This document shows, piece by piece, positions 13,197 to 26,917 of a DNA stretch of 64,000 nucleotides. Each line of letters opens with the position of its first letter. The first letter of the stretch is position 1. Position numbers and translations under genes: made by a program. The notes under the pieces are model-generated. The model was not told where the DNA came from, did no database searches, and worked only from the letters and a program-made list of their open reading frames with translations. The stretch is from assembly GCF_001194135.2 (NCBI RefSeq), contig NC_068989.1, positions 25,385,295 to 25,449,294 of the forward strand, read 5' to 3'. This DNA is from Octopus bimaculoides (Eukaryota).

Positions 13197-16100
13197 NNNN
13201 NNNNNNNNNNNNNNNNNNNNNNNNNNNNNNNNNNNNNNNNNNNNNNNNNNNNNNNNNNNNNNNNNNNNNNNNNNNNNNNNNNNNNNNNNNNNNNNNNNNN
13301 NNNNNNNNNNNNNNNNNNNNNNNNNNNNNNNNNNNNNNNNNNNNNNNNNNNNNNNNNNNNNNNNNNNNNNNNNNNNNNNNNNNNNNNNNNNNNNNNNNNN
13401 NNNNNNNNNNNNNNNNNNNNNNNNNTTTATTATAATTATTGTTCTATTTACGACCTGACGATTAGCTGTATTTTTGAATAGAATTTATTTTCGATAATTT
13501 TAATTGATTTTAATCGATTTAAATTTCCTTTCTATTTGAAAATTAGTTATGAAACACGTATAGTCATTTTATTATCTTTATCTTATGATATTTACTTTGT
13601 ATTATATTATACTCATTTATTGTGCTTTTAATTATTAATTTTTCTATATGTGATAGTGAATTTTCATCGATGAGTTCATGAAACTTGGTTCCTTTCCCTA
13701 TAACTATATATACGTATATATATATTGATATATATATAGGACACACACATACACACACACGTATATATGTGTATACAGGCGTGTAGATACAGACACGCGC
13801 ACACTTAGAAACACACATACCAATAAGACGACTGGCATTTTGTTTTTGTTGTATGTGATCTAGCAATATTGATGGCATGGTAGTATTATTCATCTGCGTG
13901 GTTACTCTATTCTCTGCTCTTGAAATACATCTTATTTAGGTTGGCTATTGCTGCTATGATCAAATTTCTGATGTTAGAAATGGAACATAAAAGAGGGAAA
14001 ATAGCGACGATGGTAAATTGAGGATGAAGATTATGTTGATGCCGAGGATGACGTTGATGATGGTCGTGATAAAGACAGTGATTATTTCTATGATGATCAA
14101 AATGATACTAAGAAGAAAATCTTGTGGTCGACACTGCACAACTCTTCTGGAACCATGCATTAGAGTTTCTTTTATTCCCTGTGTACCGCAAATCACATTA
14201 TGGATGTGTACTTTCTACAAACAATATAGTGTGTATTCTGCGTTAGCTTTGGCCGTTGCTTCTAGCAGGTCGGGAAACCACTTAGATGCTATTTTGAACG
14301 CTCTTTAAAGACGATATCACTCCAAAATATGGAAATATAATTATGATTATTAGGTAGTTATGAGAATAAGTATTGTGTATTAATCTGGAATATAATTATT
14401 GCATCTCAAATTAGAAACCAATGCATTCTATTCTTCGTTTTTTGTCTCCTCTAAAATATATAAAATTTTATCTACTGTAATTGAAATTCAAAGGAGGTCG
14501 ATTCTTGAATTTGCAATTACAATTTTGCTGCTTCAAAATTATTTGAAGAAAAAAAATCTGAAATCTGTTTTTTAATTGATTTTTCTTCTCCAATATTTTG
14601 ACATTTGATTATTTCATAACAGATTCTTAGTGCTCAGACAAATATTGATTTTAGTCGAATTAAAACGAAATAGATGTGGAGGTAACGTGATATTTCTTTT
14701 ACTTTTCTCTTTTTAATGAATTTTTGGATAGAATTATTTGAAACCAAGTATTTATTTATGTATTCACCAGGATGCATTTCTTCCACGGGATTAAATATAC
14801 TTCCCCAACACTTTATTTTTAATATGGATGTCATCTAAGGCTTCAGATATATCACACATCACAGGAAAGCCTTTTTAGCCGAAGAAGTAGCCAACAGTGC
14901 TAAGAAATTCCTAAGAGGACCGGACCGCATCCAGTTCATAATTCCTGGATGCCTTCCTGCTGACATTTTGTAGCCATTTGGACATCATAGACTTGTGTGT
15001 ATAAAACGATTGGAGTTTTCATCTAGTTTTAGCTCCCCTCCGTTGACTCAGCTTTCAAACTAGTATTTACGAAGAAATAAATTTGGTTGTCAAGGTATCA
15101 GTGAAACGTCAAACACTATCACAATGACTCAGTCAGAGGTACTGCTCTTGACTTTAAAATACAAAAATATTGCATTCAAACTGTATAGCAGTGGTTTTTA
15201 TTCCGCCTCAGCCAGATCCAACTCGATCACTTCCCTGCTGCATCTGATATTCCGTTTGGTCTTTGGTCCTATTCTTCCATGAGACTGAGAGTTGTTTCAT
15301 TAGATTGTAAGGAGATATGTCCACAAAACTTCTGGCTCCAACCAAAGCATAGTATATAATAGATTCATTAGACTCACCTACAACTAATCGTGGATTCCTC
15401 GTAAGGTAACAGATAGGCACGTGGTGGGATTATGCTTTATGGATTAGCAGAGAATTATTTGAATACATAGTTTATAACAAATATATTATTTTCAAAAATA
15501 ATGGTAATAAATGTCAGCTAATACAATCTAATTCTTTTGTAGTTCATTGTTTATATAGAAACACATTATTCCCAATTATTTCTCCCTTCTCGAAACAGGT
15601 GTAATTTGAGAGAGATGTGATTGTATTTAGCAGATTAAGTAGATACATGGAGAACTACTTTGACAAACATGTGTGCTGATAAGGGTAGGCTAAATGAAGT
15701 ATACATATTTAAATTAAACTATTCAGAAAAATATGTTTGTTGGATCGTATGAGATATTCCATCGTATATTGTTTTGAATAAATTGACGTAAAATTTCACC
15801 ACCTTCATAAAACCTAGTTTTAAGTGTCTATCGTAGTTATTGACTGCTTTGATATACGTAAAAATAAATGAATGTATGTATCCAACTGATTTTCATGATA
15901 TTTATGCATGCACAAACATACATATATTTATACGTTGATACATACATAGATAGACCATAGACAGACACACACACAGGTACACACATGTGCGCGCGCGCAT
16001 CAATATAATTCAATAACGTGGAATTACGGGTGTATATGAAAACAGATAAATTTAATTGGAAGAGGTTCTAGATACCTTTAGAAGAACTGTAGAAAACTTG

Positions 16101-16278
16101 ATTTAAACATTATATATAAACGAATGGTTATCTTTATTTGGATTCAATATTTTCGTTTGAATTCAATGAATTCAAAATCATTGACTTCAGAGACCTTTGG
16201 CATTTTGATTGATTAGAATCAAGTAATCGATATATGCATATATAACGTAATCGATATCTGTATATATATGGGGGGGGG

Positions 16279-16330
<52 letters not shown>

Positions 16331-16499
16331 ACTTCGGAGGGAACGAGAAAAAAACAAAGGTAGATAGATAAAGAGAAAGATACATAGTGTAATACAAGGA
16401 TATTGACGACTCGTTTATTTCCATGTATATCGAAGTATCAAATCAGAAAGCTGATGACCTCTGTAACATTAATCGGCGTATATTTGTCAATATTTTCTG

Positions 16500-16660
16500 T
16501 CGACTGAGCAAAAAGAATTCAAATATGATAGCAATATTTAGTCAATATTTTAGTATGAAAGATATCAGCTATCTGTTTTAATATTCCATATAGACATATC
16601 TACATAGAACCAAGGAATATATAACGCGACTGTATCAGTAGTTCTAAAATATACATTGTT
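16500..16660 (+). repeat. Arm 1 of a near-identical local inverted duplication
   Basis: Reverse complement of 18026-18186. Only 3 mismatches over the first ~152 bp. Confidence 0.9.
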
Positions 16661-17065
16661 ATCATATGGAAATAGAAACATTTTCACGAGAAAATGTTTT
16701 AATGGGAAATGTCAGCATAAGAAGAAGAGGACAAACTAATGCAAATATATGTTGAAAAATAAAACCATAATGCAAAGCTCTTTGATACGTTGTTCAAACT
16801 TCCGGCAGGATTCGAAAGCTTTTATGTCATTAGAAATTTAAAATATATTCAGTCTGATATTTATTGTGTTGTTTATATGAGGTATATATATATTTGATAC
16901 ATAACTCGTAAAGTATCACAGAAAAAAAACATTAAAGGCATAGAAACGCATACATGTACACACACACAGACCATACAGCTCCCTTTCCACATATATATAC
17001 ACAGCCACTGATATACTTACACACACATCTAATATATCTTATCCCTACTTGTGTATCTGTATGCT

Positions 17066-17117
<52 letters not shown>

Positions 17118-18025
17118 AGATTTAATTAGTGGAAGAGTGAAGAAGTTACCTTATTATTAATTAACTGTTACGTTACTCTGACAGGAGTCTTTAAAGCAAC
17201 GTTACATTTTTCATGTATGACACTTACATTGAAAAAGGACAACATGTATGGGCAGGTTCTCTATAGTGGCTTTGGAGAGAGTTAGTCTATGACTCATAGC
17301 TGCTGTACCTCCGATGTTTTCCATCATATTTGCTTGTAAAAATGTTTACAAAGGACTGTATTTAGTATTTTAGTGTTCGTCAATACACGCATTTCGTTCC
17401 ATCATATACATATGTGCATATTAAAAGTATGCGCATTTTTTGTGTAAATTAACTCTGACAGGATAAATGCTACATTCCATCAGTAAGATACATTATGTTT
17501 CAGAAACGTAACAAAATCCTATTAAAAACATTTGTCTACCCGCCTTCTCACTGTTGAATATGCATTCTTTCATTAGGGTATGGGATACATTCTAGGAGGT
17601 CTGAAAAAATTTCACAAGCGGCAGTTACAACCGTCTTAGGTTATTGTAATATTAATATATAATTAGACTACCTCTGATACGTTGATGTGCCAGATTTGTT
17701 ATTTCAGACTGAAGGAGACGGCTGTAACAGCACTCAGAACACACCGTATTAAACACTGCTTATCATAGCTGACAAGTTTGCAGAAAGTAGTTGTGAAGTG
17801 AACACAATATGGAAGCTCTCTATGCAATATAGTTTTGTATTAAGCAGGGATAAAACTCTGCAGAATCTTATGAAATGCTGAAGACTGCATATGGATAAGT
17901 CTGTATGAGCCGGACATCTGTTTTTCACTGACACCATAGGTGTGTGCGTATATGTGTCTACATGCATGAATATTCATATATACGTGTGTGTATGTATGTG
18001 TGTATGTTTCTATTTTCCATATCAT

Positions 18026-18186
18026 AACAACGTGTATTTTAGAACTACTGATAGAGTCGCGTTATATATTCCTTGGTTCTATGTAGATATGTCTATATGG
18101 AATATTAAAACACATAGCTGATATCTTTCATGCTAAAATATTGACTAAATATTGCTATCATATTTGAATTCTTTTTGCTCAGTCGA
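18026..18186 (-). repeat. Arm 2 of the local inverted duplication
   Basis: See 16500-16660. Confidence 0.9.
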
Positions 18187-18209
18187 TATGTATAAACGAA
18201 TGGTTATCA

Positions 18210-18935
18210 GAGCTGGTTGAGAAAATGCACAAATTTCCGGAGGAAGATCACAAGGTGTCTATAAAGACAGTAAACATCAGTATGGAGTTGGTTTGGCAAA
18301 TATAGGCTGAATTATTCATGAAGATATGAATATGCGCAAAATTTGTACAATGTTTTTGTCAAGGTGTTCAGTGATGAACAGAAGTAAACACATATTGGTG
18401 ACACAGGGAGATGGTTATTATCACCAATCCAGAATTCTACTGAAAGTGGAAACTACTGTTAGGATCTAGAGTCCAGGAGACAGAGAACCCAATATAAGCA
18501 TACTCGCACCCCAAAACCCAAGAAAATTGGGTAATGCAAGTCTACACGAAGCACATGACGATCGCATTTATCGAAAGCAATGACGTTATCTATATCTCTT
18601 TTAGTAGGCAGTCAACAAAGAGTACTTTGTGGGGTTTTGTGTGAATTCAGGAAGAAATTTCGTCGCACAGGTCCAGAGTTCTTCCATTCAGATTGATGGC
18701 GCCTGTACCTGGACAATGCACCTGTCCGTAATTCCAGCCTGGAAGACACTTCTCCATAGAGAAAGGAATTAAAACTACCCCTCTCTCACCCTACAGTCTA
18801 TTCCATGACTTGAGGTGTCCCGCCAAGCTGAAGGAAAGACACGGGGCAGTTGTTTTGAAGATACTGAAAAGATGAAAGAGGCAATGACAAGCGACCTGAG
18901 ACACATTTATTTGGAGGAGATTCACGAGGCCCCTA
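18210..18935 (+). mobile_element. Mariner (DD34D-type) transposase remnant
   Basis: Broken frames give IIHEDMNMRKIC, YLDNAPV, SPYS and CFEDTEKMKEAM, which match mariner motifs (LxMRKVCAxWVPR, HDNAxxH, PYSPDL, FxxxEEMK). Confidence 0.75.
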
Positions 18936-19403
18936 CAATATATATATAATATGNNNNNNNNNNNNNNNNNNNNNNNNNNNNNNNNNNNNNNNNNNNNNNN
19001 NNNNNNNNNNNNNNNNNNNNNNNNNNNNNNNNNNNNNNNNNNNNNNNNNNNNNNNNNNNNNNNNNNNNNNNNNNNNNNNNNNNNNNNNNNNNNNNNNNNN
19101 NNNNNNNNNNNNNNNNNNNNNNNNNNNNNNNNNNNNNNNNNNNNNNNNNNNNNNNNNNNNNNNNNNNNNNNNNNNNNNNNNNNNNNNNNNNNNNNNNNNN
19201 NNNNNNNNNNNNNNNNNNNNNNNNNNNNNNNNNNNNNNNNNNNNNNNNNNNNNNNNNNNNNNNNNNNNNNNNNNNNNNNNNNNNNNNNNNNNNNNNNNNN
19301 NNNNNNNNNNNNNNNNNNNNNNNNNNNNNNNNNNNNNNNNNNNNNNNNNNNNNNNNNNNNNNNNNNNNNNNNNNNNNNNNNNNNNNNNNNNNNNNNNNNN
19401 NNN

Positions 19404-19448
<45 letters not shown>

Positions 19449-19503
19449 TATATTTGTGTGTGTGTGTGTGTGTGTGTATATTTAATAATAATAATAATAA
19501 TTT

Positions 19504-19628
19504 GGACTAACAGGTATAAGTCGATTAGTGTCATTAAATGTTGAGTAGAGCACCGTCATAGCTGAGGCTATCTGTTGTCATCCGCAGTTGTGGTACACTT
19601 CCATTGGATCTACTTCAGGAACTCCACA
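19504..19628 (+). repeat. Dispersed repeat homologous to 33042-33165
   Basis: GGACTAACAGGTATAAGTCG..TCCGCAGTTG..TTGGATCTA aligns with 33042-33165, which lies directly upstream of a maT-like transposase remnant. Confidence 0.6.
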
Positions 19629-20894
19629 GTGGCAGTTAGGGTAATAGTATTAACAAGAGATGGATTCACTATTAAACTTTTATAGGAAAAATATAATTGT
19701 CATTAAAAGCGATTGAGCGTGTCAGGACACTTATATTGCTAGAAATAAGAGCTAAAATGCTTCAATGCTGTAAGAAAGGCACATAAGTATATACATGTAT
19801 GCTCATAATGACTGCAATCACCCAGAACACCGAGCCAAAATTCCCTGTACTGAACGTTCAGTTTCTACTATTTCCATTACCTCTTCAGTAAGGACCGCTT
19901 GTTCGACTGATTTCGGGTTTAATCCTCTATCTCTATATATGTATTGACCATAGGAATATACGGATGATTTACCGAATCGCTAATGTGTATACAAAAATTA
20001 ATATAACCAGTAATGCGCAATGTTTCGCCATAAAAAGAAAATATAAATGTCATTAAATGCGACTGAGGGTGTCAAAAACCTACATTGCTAGAATCGAGTA
20101 CCAAGAACTATTTTAGCATTGGTTAGGTAAAATGAAGCGTAGCATAATGATTGTTAGTTGATGAAGGTTACCTTTAAATTACTTCAGCTTTCCTTTAATA
20201 TTGAGTACGGAACTCCCTAAATGAATGATGTATTATGAAGCCAATATTACAACCTGAATATAATTACCTTATTCTGTGTGCATTTGCAACACAATATAAA
20301 TAAAAAATAAGCATCTAAAGTTTATATTAGGGTAAAATATACATCATAAGCACAACCTTTCCTTTATAATCACCCATTTCAATTATAGATATATGATCAG
20401 AATTTCGCATCTCAGTGAAATTGCAAAATAGAATCATAATTTTATGTCATCAATTATAGAATGAGAAAGAAAAAATCATGGTAGCGAAGATAACACAGAG
20501 GCAAAAATATTGTTGCAGTATAAAGCTACAATTTCTTATTGAATCCATCAGATATACATTTACATATTATTAGCACATCCTAGTTTATATATGAAATATA
20601 TGAACAATTCCATCAAATTCAAATCAATCAAAATGAAATGATTTCAGTAGGACACCTAGGTAAGAATAGGCCGTCTATTTTTAATGATTTCCATATTTTA
20701 ACAATCCTTGAGTATATACATACATTGAGATCTCCGTTTGTTGCTTTCTGCTGCAATAAATCATGCGCCATCGTTTCCAACACTTTCCTTTAAACAATCT
20801 CCTCTATTGTGTTAAAGGTTACAGGCATTGCTCTTCAACCCTTGACTAAGCGTGAAAAAAATTAATCAAATAGCTTGAGATAGAAATGGTATAT

Positions 20895-20949
<55 letters not shown>

Positions 20950-21399
20950 CACACACAAATGTACACACACATACATGCATATATATATAATCATATATAT
21001 ATATATATGTGTGTGTGTGTGTTTATATATATATATAATTATGATGCTATCAATAAGAATTATCGGGAAAGTTATTTTTATGCAACAAGAAGTAAGATAT
21101 CAATTTGATAGATGGGAATGATGGATGTGATCAGACAGCATTTGTATATAGATATATGAATTTATGCAAACATAGATAACATGGTGAAACATGTTTCATT
21201 CTACTAACATCTCGACACCAACGCCTCAATTATCTTAAGATTTATATAACTTACACAACACTACCGACATATACTGCTAAGAATTGATTGGACCAGACGT
21301 ATTTGCTGAAAAGTTGCAAATATGGCATATGATTGTGAGCACATGTCATTATACATACATACATACATACATACATACATACATACATACACTCATACA

Positions 21400-21434
<35 letters not shown>

Positions 21435-21635
21435 TATAATTTAGAAAAAACAGTGAAAGGGTGTCATTATAGTACTCAGAGTTNNNNNNNNNNNNNNNNN
21501 NNNNNNNNNNNNNNNNNNNNNNNNATATATATATAAGCGCTTATTACTCTGATGTAAAAAAGAAATTTCGTTATCACTGCCACAAAATGTGTATTTTCCG
21601 TCACGTAAAAGTGCAGAAAAATGTCAGCTGGAGGA

Positions 21636-21726
21636 GGGAGAGATTGTCGGAGGTTGCTGAGAGAGGTTCTCGGAGGCTGGCGAGAGAGGTTCTTGGAGGT
21701 TGGCGAGAGAGGTTGTCGGAGAGAGA
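21636..21726. repeat. 23-bp minisatellite, ~4 units (GAGAGAGGTTCTCGGAGGCTGGC)
   Basis: Direct reading. It lies just downstream (minus strand) of the Helitron ORF remnant. Confidence 0.8.
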
Positions 21727-21859
21727 AGCGTCTTTGTTTCAAAATTTCACTCTTGCAGGTCTTCGTGATACACAATATTTTTGGTCTTGGTGTTGGGTGC
21801 CTAGAAGAATAAATTTTCCGGATTTCCAACTCTAGAGCATCCGACATAGAACTGTCAGT

Positions 21860-24800
21860 GAGAAAAAGGAGGTCTCGCAAGATTAACTTCTACCGCTTTG
21901 TTGATGCTCACTGGGGTTTGTAGACTTTTCATATCAATTTGTGTGTCAGAGGGAACCAGAGGAATCTTTGGAATGAAAACCTCTTCGCCACTTGCTTTCC
22001 CAGTCAGTATTGTCGCCTCCAACACTATCTGCATCAGTTTTTTTTATAATAAGTCTCATGTCAGTGCATAATTTGGTGGGGATCGAGGTTTCTTAAAAGC
22101 ATAACTGGGGCTTCAAGCTTTAGATGCAATTCATGCAGTGGTAGACCTGAAGGTGCAAGGCTATTGAGAAATTCAACGGGGTAATGAACAGCGTCATTGG
22201 TGTCGAGCCGGGTATCAATTGACTTGTATGTCCGAAGATCGCCAGATAGTTGTTCCAGAAGGTGATTGTTTACGTTATCGACTGCGAAATATTTTGGCGA
22301 CAAAATTTCACGTTTTCTCAGTCAACAATGCTCTCTGAATTGTGTGTTCAGATGGGGGAAAGCTCTCGCCAATATTTCGTGTATATCTGACATCAAATTA
22401 CCAAAGGGTAAACTAATCTACCCATCCTGCTCAACAACAACAGCACCGTTTCCAATTTCCATTAATTGCCTGTGAAAGTTCTCCATGTGCGTATCAGCAC
22501 CTACCTGCGCTCTCATGTTAGTTGCGAGTTTCAACTTTCTAACTTTGCTCCAAAGGTATGAAGATTTGATGCTCGCATTTACCTCATCTGCTCTCAATCC
22601 CTTGAAATGACTGGGAACCTTTGTCGGAATTCACCTGCAAGGAGTACGGTTAGGCCGCCCATTAGTCTTGTGTTGCGCCTCAGATCTTGAAATAACCTGT
22701 CAAGAGCCTCAAAGCCCCCCCTTATAACTCATTGTCGCTTCATCCCAAATGATCAAATTGCACTCGTTGAGAGATTTTGCTTTTGTAGTGCTACGACTGA
22801 TATTGTATGTCGCTATCTCTTTTTTGCAAGGTCCAGAGGCAATTTGAAGCACGAACGAGCTGTGCGTCCACCGTTTAACAGAGTTGCAGTTATTCCACTT
22901 GACGCCACGGCTAGAACTATCTGTTTATTTTGTCGCAGCTTCGCCAAAATATGATTGATAATGTATGTTTTGACAGTTCCACCTGGAACATTGAGAAAGA
23001 AGAGATTACCGGTCTCGCTATGAATGGACGAAATAATGGATTCGAAGGCAGTTTTTTTATCCTCGTTCAATTTGTGTTCATTATTAGCCACAAACGCTGC
23101 AATTTCGTCGATGTCATAATTGATCTCTCGTACATATTCGATTTCAAGAGCTTCACGACATATCTGGTTGAGGCAAACCAAAAGCAGCAACTCCACTGCC
23201 ACCCACGGATTTCACTCGGTTGTCTAGGTCATCGAATGCCTCGTTGAAAATAGCCTCGTTGTATTCGACAACCGATGGGTTCTGCCTTTGAATTCTGCAT
23301 AGTATATCCTCTGACATGCTTTCTCTGTAATTCTCCAAAAGCGTTACAGGATCACTGAAGGCACATCACATAAGCATCATGGAGAATAATTGGCGTAGTT
23401 GAGTCGGTATTTTGGTAACAGAAGCCTCGTTGAGTGTTTGGTGTCAGTGTGCATCATCTTCAAGTAGTCCATGTTTGGCACAGGCCACCCTAAAGGTCGG
23501 ACAAAGCTCTCCGTTAAACATTTGCAGATCTTCGAAACATGTGGGACCTCAGACAGTGTGTAGGAGGAGACGTAAAAAGAAACATTCTTGTTGATTTCGA
23601 TGAACTGTGTCAACTCGCCCAATATCATCACTTTTAAATATCTCTTCTACCTCATAGACGACAACTGGAGTTCCATGTATACGCTTTACCCATTTTTTCC
23701 TGACCAGGTGTAATAGACAGTTACTGCAATATAAAGCAAGGATCGGGCAAAATTGTCTGTTTTGCATATGTCGAAGAAAGCTGTGAGTGTTGTTTTGGGG
23801 GTTGTCGAAATTGTTGTAGAGCATTATCTTCGTGAAATAAACACGCTCTCCGCTTTCAAGATGAACAACTAGATTCACAACCGTTGGATACCGTCTGTGA
23901 AGTGGGAAGCCAAATATACGCCAAATCGCCTCGTTTGATTTTATGTATCTTCCCAATAGATAACGTCTTATTTCATCCGTTCGCTGTTCATCCGCACTGA
24001 CTCCAAAAACTGCCATATCTGACCCCTTGTTGATGTATTTGAAGATGTATTTGATGCTCTTTACAGAATTACATGATTCGACGTTGATATGTGCCTCAAA
24101 GATTTTCGATAGGAGTTTGTTGTAGGACACAATCTATCTGTTGTCAAATTCAACCTCTTGCTGGTGCATCTTCAGTGTTGCAGTATGAGCGCCATCTTCA
24201 GGTTTGCTCCGCCTGTAGAGTGGATAACCGTCATGTCAAGTTCACGTTTCTTGAACGAATGGTCTGGGGAACATTTTGGTGCACATATTATTCTCCATGC
24301 AAGGAGACAAAGGGTTGAAGCTGCCACATGGCCCGTGAATCATGTCTTTCTTCACAATGTTGTAGAGCTGAGAATCTTGCTCTTCATTTGGGAACTCTGC
24401 ACAAATGATGTCATCAATCGAATTTGGATTTATCCTCTCCTTGCACTATATGAGTGTATGAGACTGAGGCAGACCCCGTTTCTGCCATTCCATTGTGTAC
24501 ATCCGAACATTGAGATCACCAAGGATTTTGAGTAGCCACAAAAGTTTTTGCTGTTTCAATTTGAAAACTCTTGCTATTATGTCATGTCTATCACTGCTGT
24601 GTTGACCTTCGAAGAGGCAGTGTAGAATGTCTTGCCATTTGGGATTGCAGGTAAGGTGATGAATAAATCAGGCCGACCGAACTTGCGCAGGTAGGCCATG
24701 GCATCCTGGGTCCATTGATGCGTCTATCATGGAGAGCCAATGAAGCTTGCTGGTAGGATAACTTGCTTACCAACATTGTGCGCGTTGCCGTCTTGACTGA

Positions 24801-26290
24801 GTGAATCTTTCAAATGAATATACTTTTCGGACCTCAGCTTCGGTTGCTAAGTCCGAATGAAAAGGAAACGTTCAGTTTCGATCTTGGCATATATGTCCAC
24901 CATAAACTGACTTGTGACCTCTGGAGGCGCAAGAGTTAGTTGATTTCTCCCGCTCTCACCATCAACCGGTAGGCCCAAAATTGTCGGCACGATGCATTTT
25001 CGTTGATCGGTAGTCCAGTTGAGCAGTTAACTTGGGAAATATCAGAATGTTAGTAATGTTCTCCATATGAAAATACCAAAGGGTTTTGCAAACAGTCGTA
25101 TGACCGGTGTGTCACATTAATGAATCATAATTAGTTGTCATGATGGTTGAGAAAGATGTCTCGTTCACCGTGCTGTTCTCCAACCATAATGATGGCCACC
25201 TCGTTATTAGCAGGTGCATTGAATCGTCGAGCATATTCGCCAGCTTGTTGTTTGTCAGCTGTGAAGACGCTTTGAGATCAGATACCTCGTGCATCCTCTC
25301 CAGAGCGCACTTCAAGCTGTTCACATAGCTATGAGTTGAATGAAGCATTGTCTAATTTTGCAATCAAACGTTTGTCAACACCTTCATTCAGCCTACACCG
25401 TTGGTCAACTTCCTCATCGTCACCTCCTATAAAATACACCTGGACAAATTTCGGCTCTGCATCTGGTAAAGTTCTTAGGCTCCCCATTCGATGATAGCAT
25501 TGACCCCTGATTTTGAAAGTTGAAATGAGACGTTGTCGGGTGAATTCTTCCACTGAATGGTGTCATCATGAAAGATGCGTTACATTTCCATATTTTACGA
25601 CGCAAATTGATACCATCGGGAGTGTTTCGTAGAAGAAGCTGCAATAATACGTCTGGCGGATGTTGCAGCCTGTCCAGTCTCACACTGGCATTGAAGCAGC
25701 ACATACAAGGAGTCTCATTTAGCCATTTTAGAGCCTTGCAATAAGAAGAGTATTTAGTTTGCCAAGGCACTTGACGATTCATTGTGGGGGCATAGTTGAA
25801 AGCAGCTTTAAACCAGACACTTCTTGATGAAGCGGCCTTTGCATGGGCAGTTATATCAGCAAGCTGATTTAGTCTTCTTTCTGGTGACGTATGAACATCT
25901 CTTTTTTGTAGGTATGAATTCCTGTTTATAGTTTGGCGAGTTTGTTTTTTTTGAAGCAGTGTCAGCCTGCCGTGCCCTAACTGATACTCTTCTATTTGAA
26001 GCTAATCTGACTTCTGTCTGCTCAGAGGTTTCCGCCCAGCGTGCCATGTCTGAGGCTCTTCTTTTCGCAGCAGAACAGTTTTGTGTCGCCTCAGGGGTTT
26101 CATTCTGTCATGCTGTTGAAGATGTCTCTCTTTTCGTTACAAGACGGCATTGTGTCGCCTCATGGGTCTCATTTTGTCGTGCCCTTGAGTTCCTTTGTCT
26201 TTGTGCGGTTAGACGTCGTTGTGGCTCTTCGGCTGTCTCTTTATAAAAAAAGGTCTTTGGTATGCATGTTAAATGAATAAAGTATAAAAG
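21860..26290 (-). mobile_element. Helitron (Rep/PIF1 helicase) pseudogenised copy
   Basis: Rep motifs ILPASFIGSP, QDAMAYLRKFGRPDLFIT, EWQKRGLPQSHTL (HUH region), MIHGPCG and HINVESCNSVKSIKYIFKYINKGSD. Helicase motifs PGGTVKTY, AVASSGITATLLNGGRTA, YPVEFLNSLAPSGLPLHELHLK and LLRNLDP. Many stops and frameshifts; broken off at the SINK motif near 21905. Confidence 0.95.
25964..26239 (-). repeat. Four in-frame 69-bp (23-aa) STPR-like repeats at the Helitron N-terminus
   Basis: ETAEEPQRRLTAQRQRNSRARQN / ETHEATQCRLVTKRETSSTA*QN / ETPEATQNCSAAKRRASDMARWA / ETSEQTEVRLASNRRVSVRARQA; exactly 276 bp. Confidence 0.8.
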
Positions 26291-26473
26291 TCATGTTGTC
26301 TGCAAAGTCATATTGTCGACACACTAAAGTTCAATATTCAAATTAATCGGACATAAACAATGAAACCTCTAAAATATTTCTAAATTCGATGCCTCAATTA
26401 GTTTCATCAAAATGTTGTATGATCTGTAAATAAACAATAAATGCTATGACTTCTAAAATAAGTATAACTGATA

Positions 26474-26570
26474 CAGGGTGTCCCAACTGAATGTGGTGTG
26501 GAAGTTTGGTTTCATATTTTAGGAAATTTTAAGCATTCAAAGTATGAGCTCATTGTTTTGGGACACACTT
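26474..26570. mobile_element. Tc1/mariner-type MITE remnant
   Basis: TA-CAGGGTGTCCCAA at the left end and TTGGGACAC..TA at the right end. Confidence 0.5.
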
Positions 26571-26782
26571 ATTAGATACGTTCTTGAATCAAAAATTTAT
26601 CTACTGTCATCGAAAAAGTTTAAGTAGGAAAATGCAGAATTATCGCAGTTATGGGCATTCAAAGTGTAATCAAATTTAATTGAAAACCCTGCATCCGTTG
26701 ACAGCATTTAGTTATTTGGAGATGTTGAAAAAATGTCTATTAATGTAATGTCTAAATTAATTACAGCAATATGTATATAACA

Positions 26783-26917
26783 CAGTTCTATATTTAAGAA
26801 ATGAGGAATTATGTACGTTATTTACATTATTTACAGTATTACATCTGACGGTTATTGGTCCTCGTTTGTGTTAACAACAAACAAGATGAGGATAAATATC
26901 CGTCAAATGTAAATAAT
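26783..26917. mobile_element. Foldback retro-like element, internally collapsed copy
   Basis: Perfect 14-bp TSD ATATGTATATAACA (26769-26782, 26918-26931). Same termini as 45277-45685 (CAGTTCTATATTTAAG ... AATGTAAATAAT). The arms join at the palindrome GTTAAC (26870-26875). Confidence 0.85.

Noticed and set aside
14850-15420. GC-elevated segment with a short ORF (15208-15420)
   Set aside because: No frame gave a recognisable motif.
16500-18186. 1.7-kb DNA transposon with 160-bp TIRs
   Set aside because: No TSD, no known terminal motif and no transposase inside; treated as a local inverted duplication.
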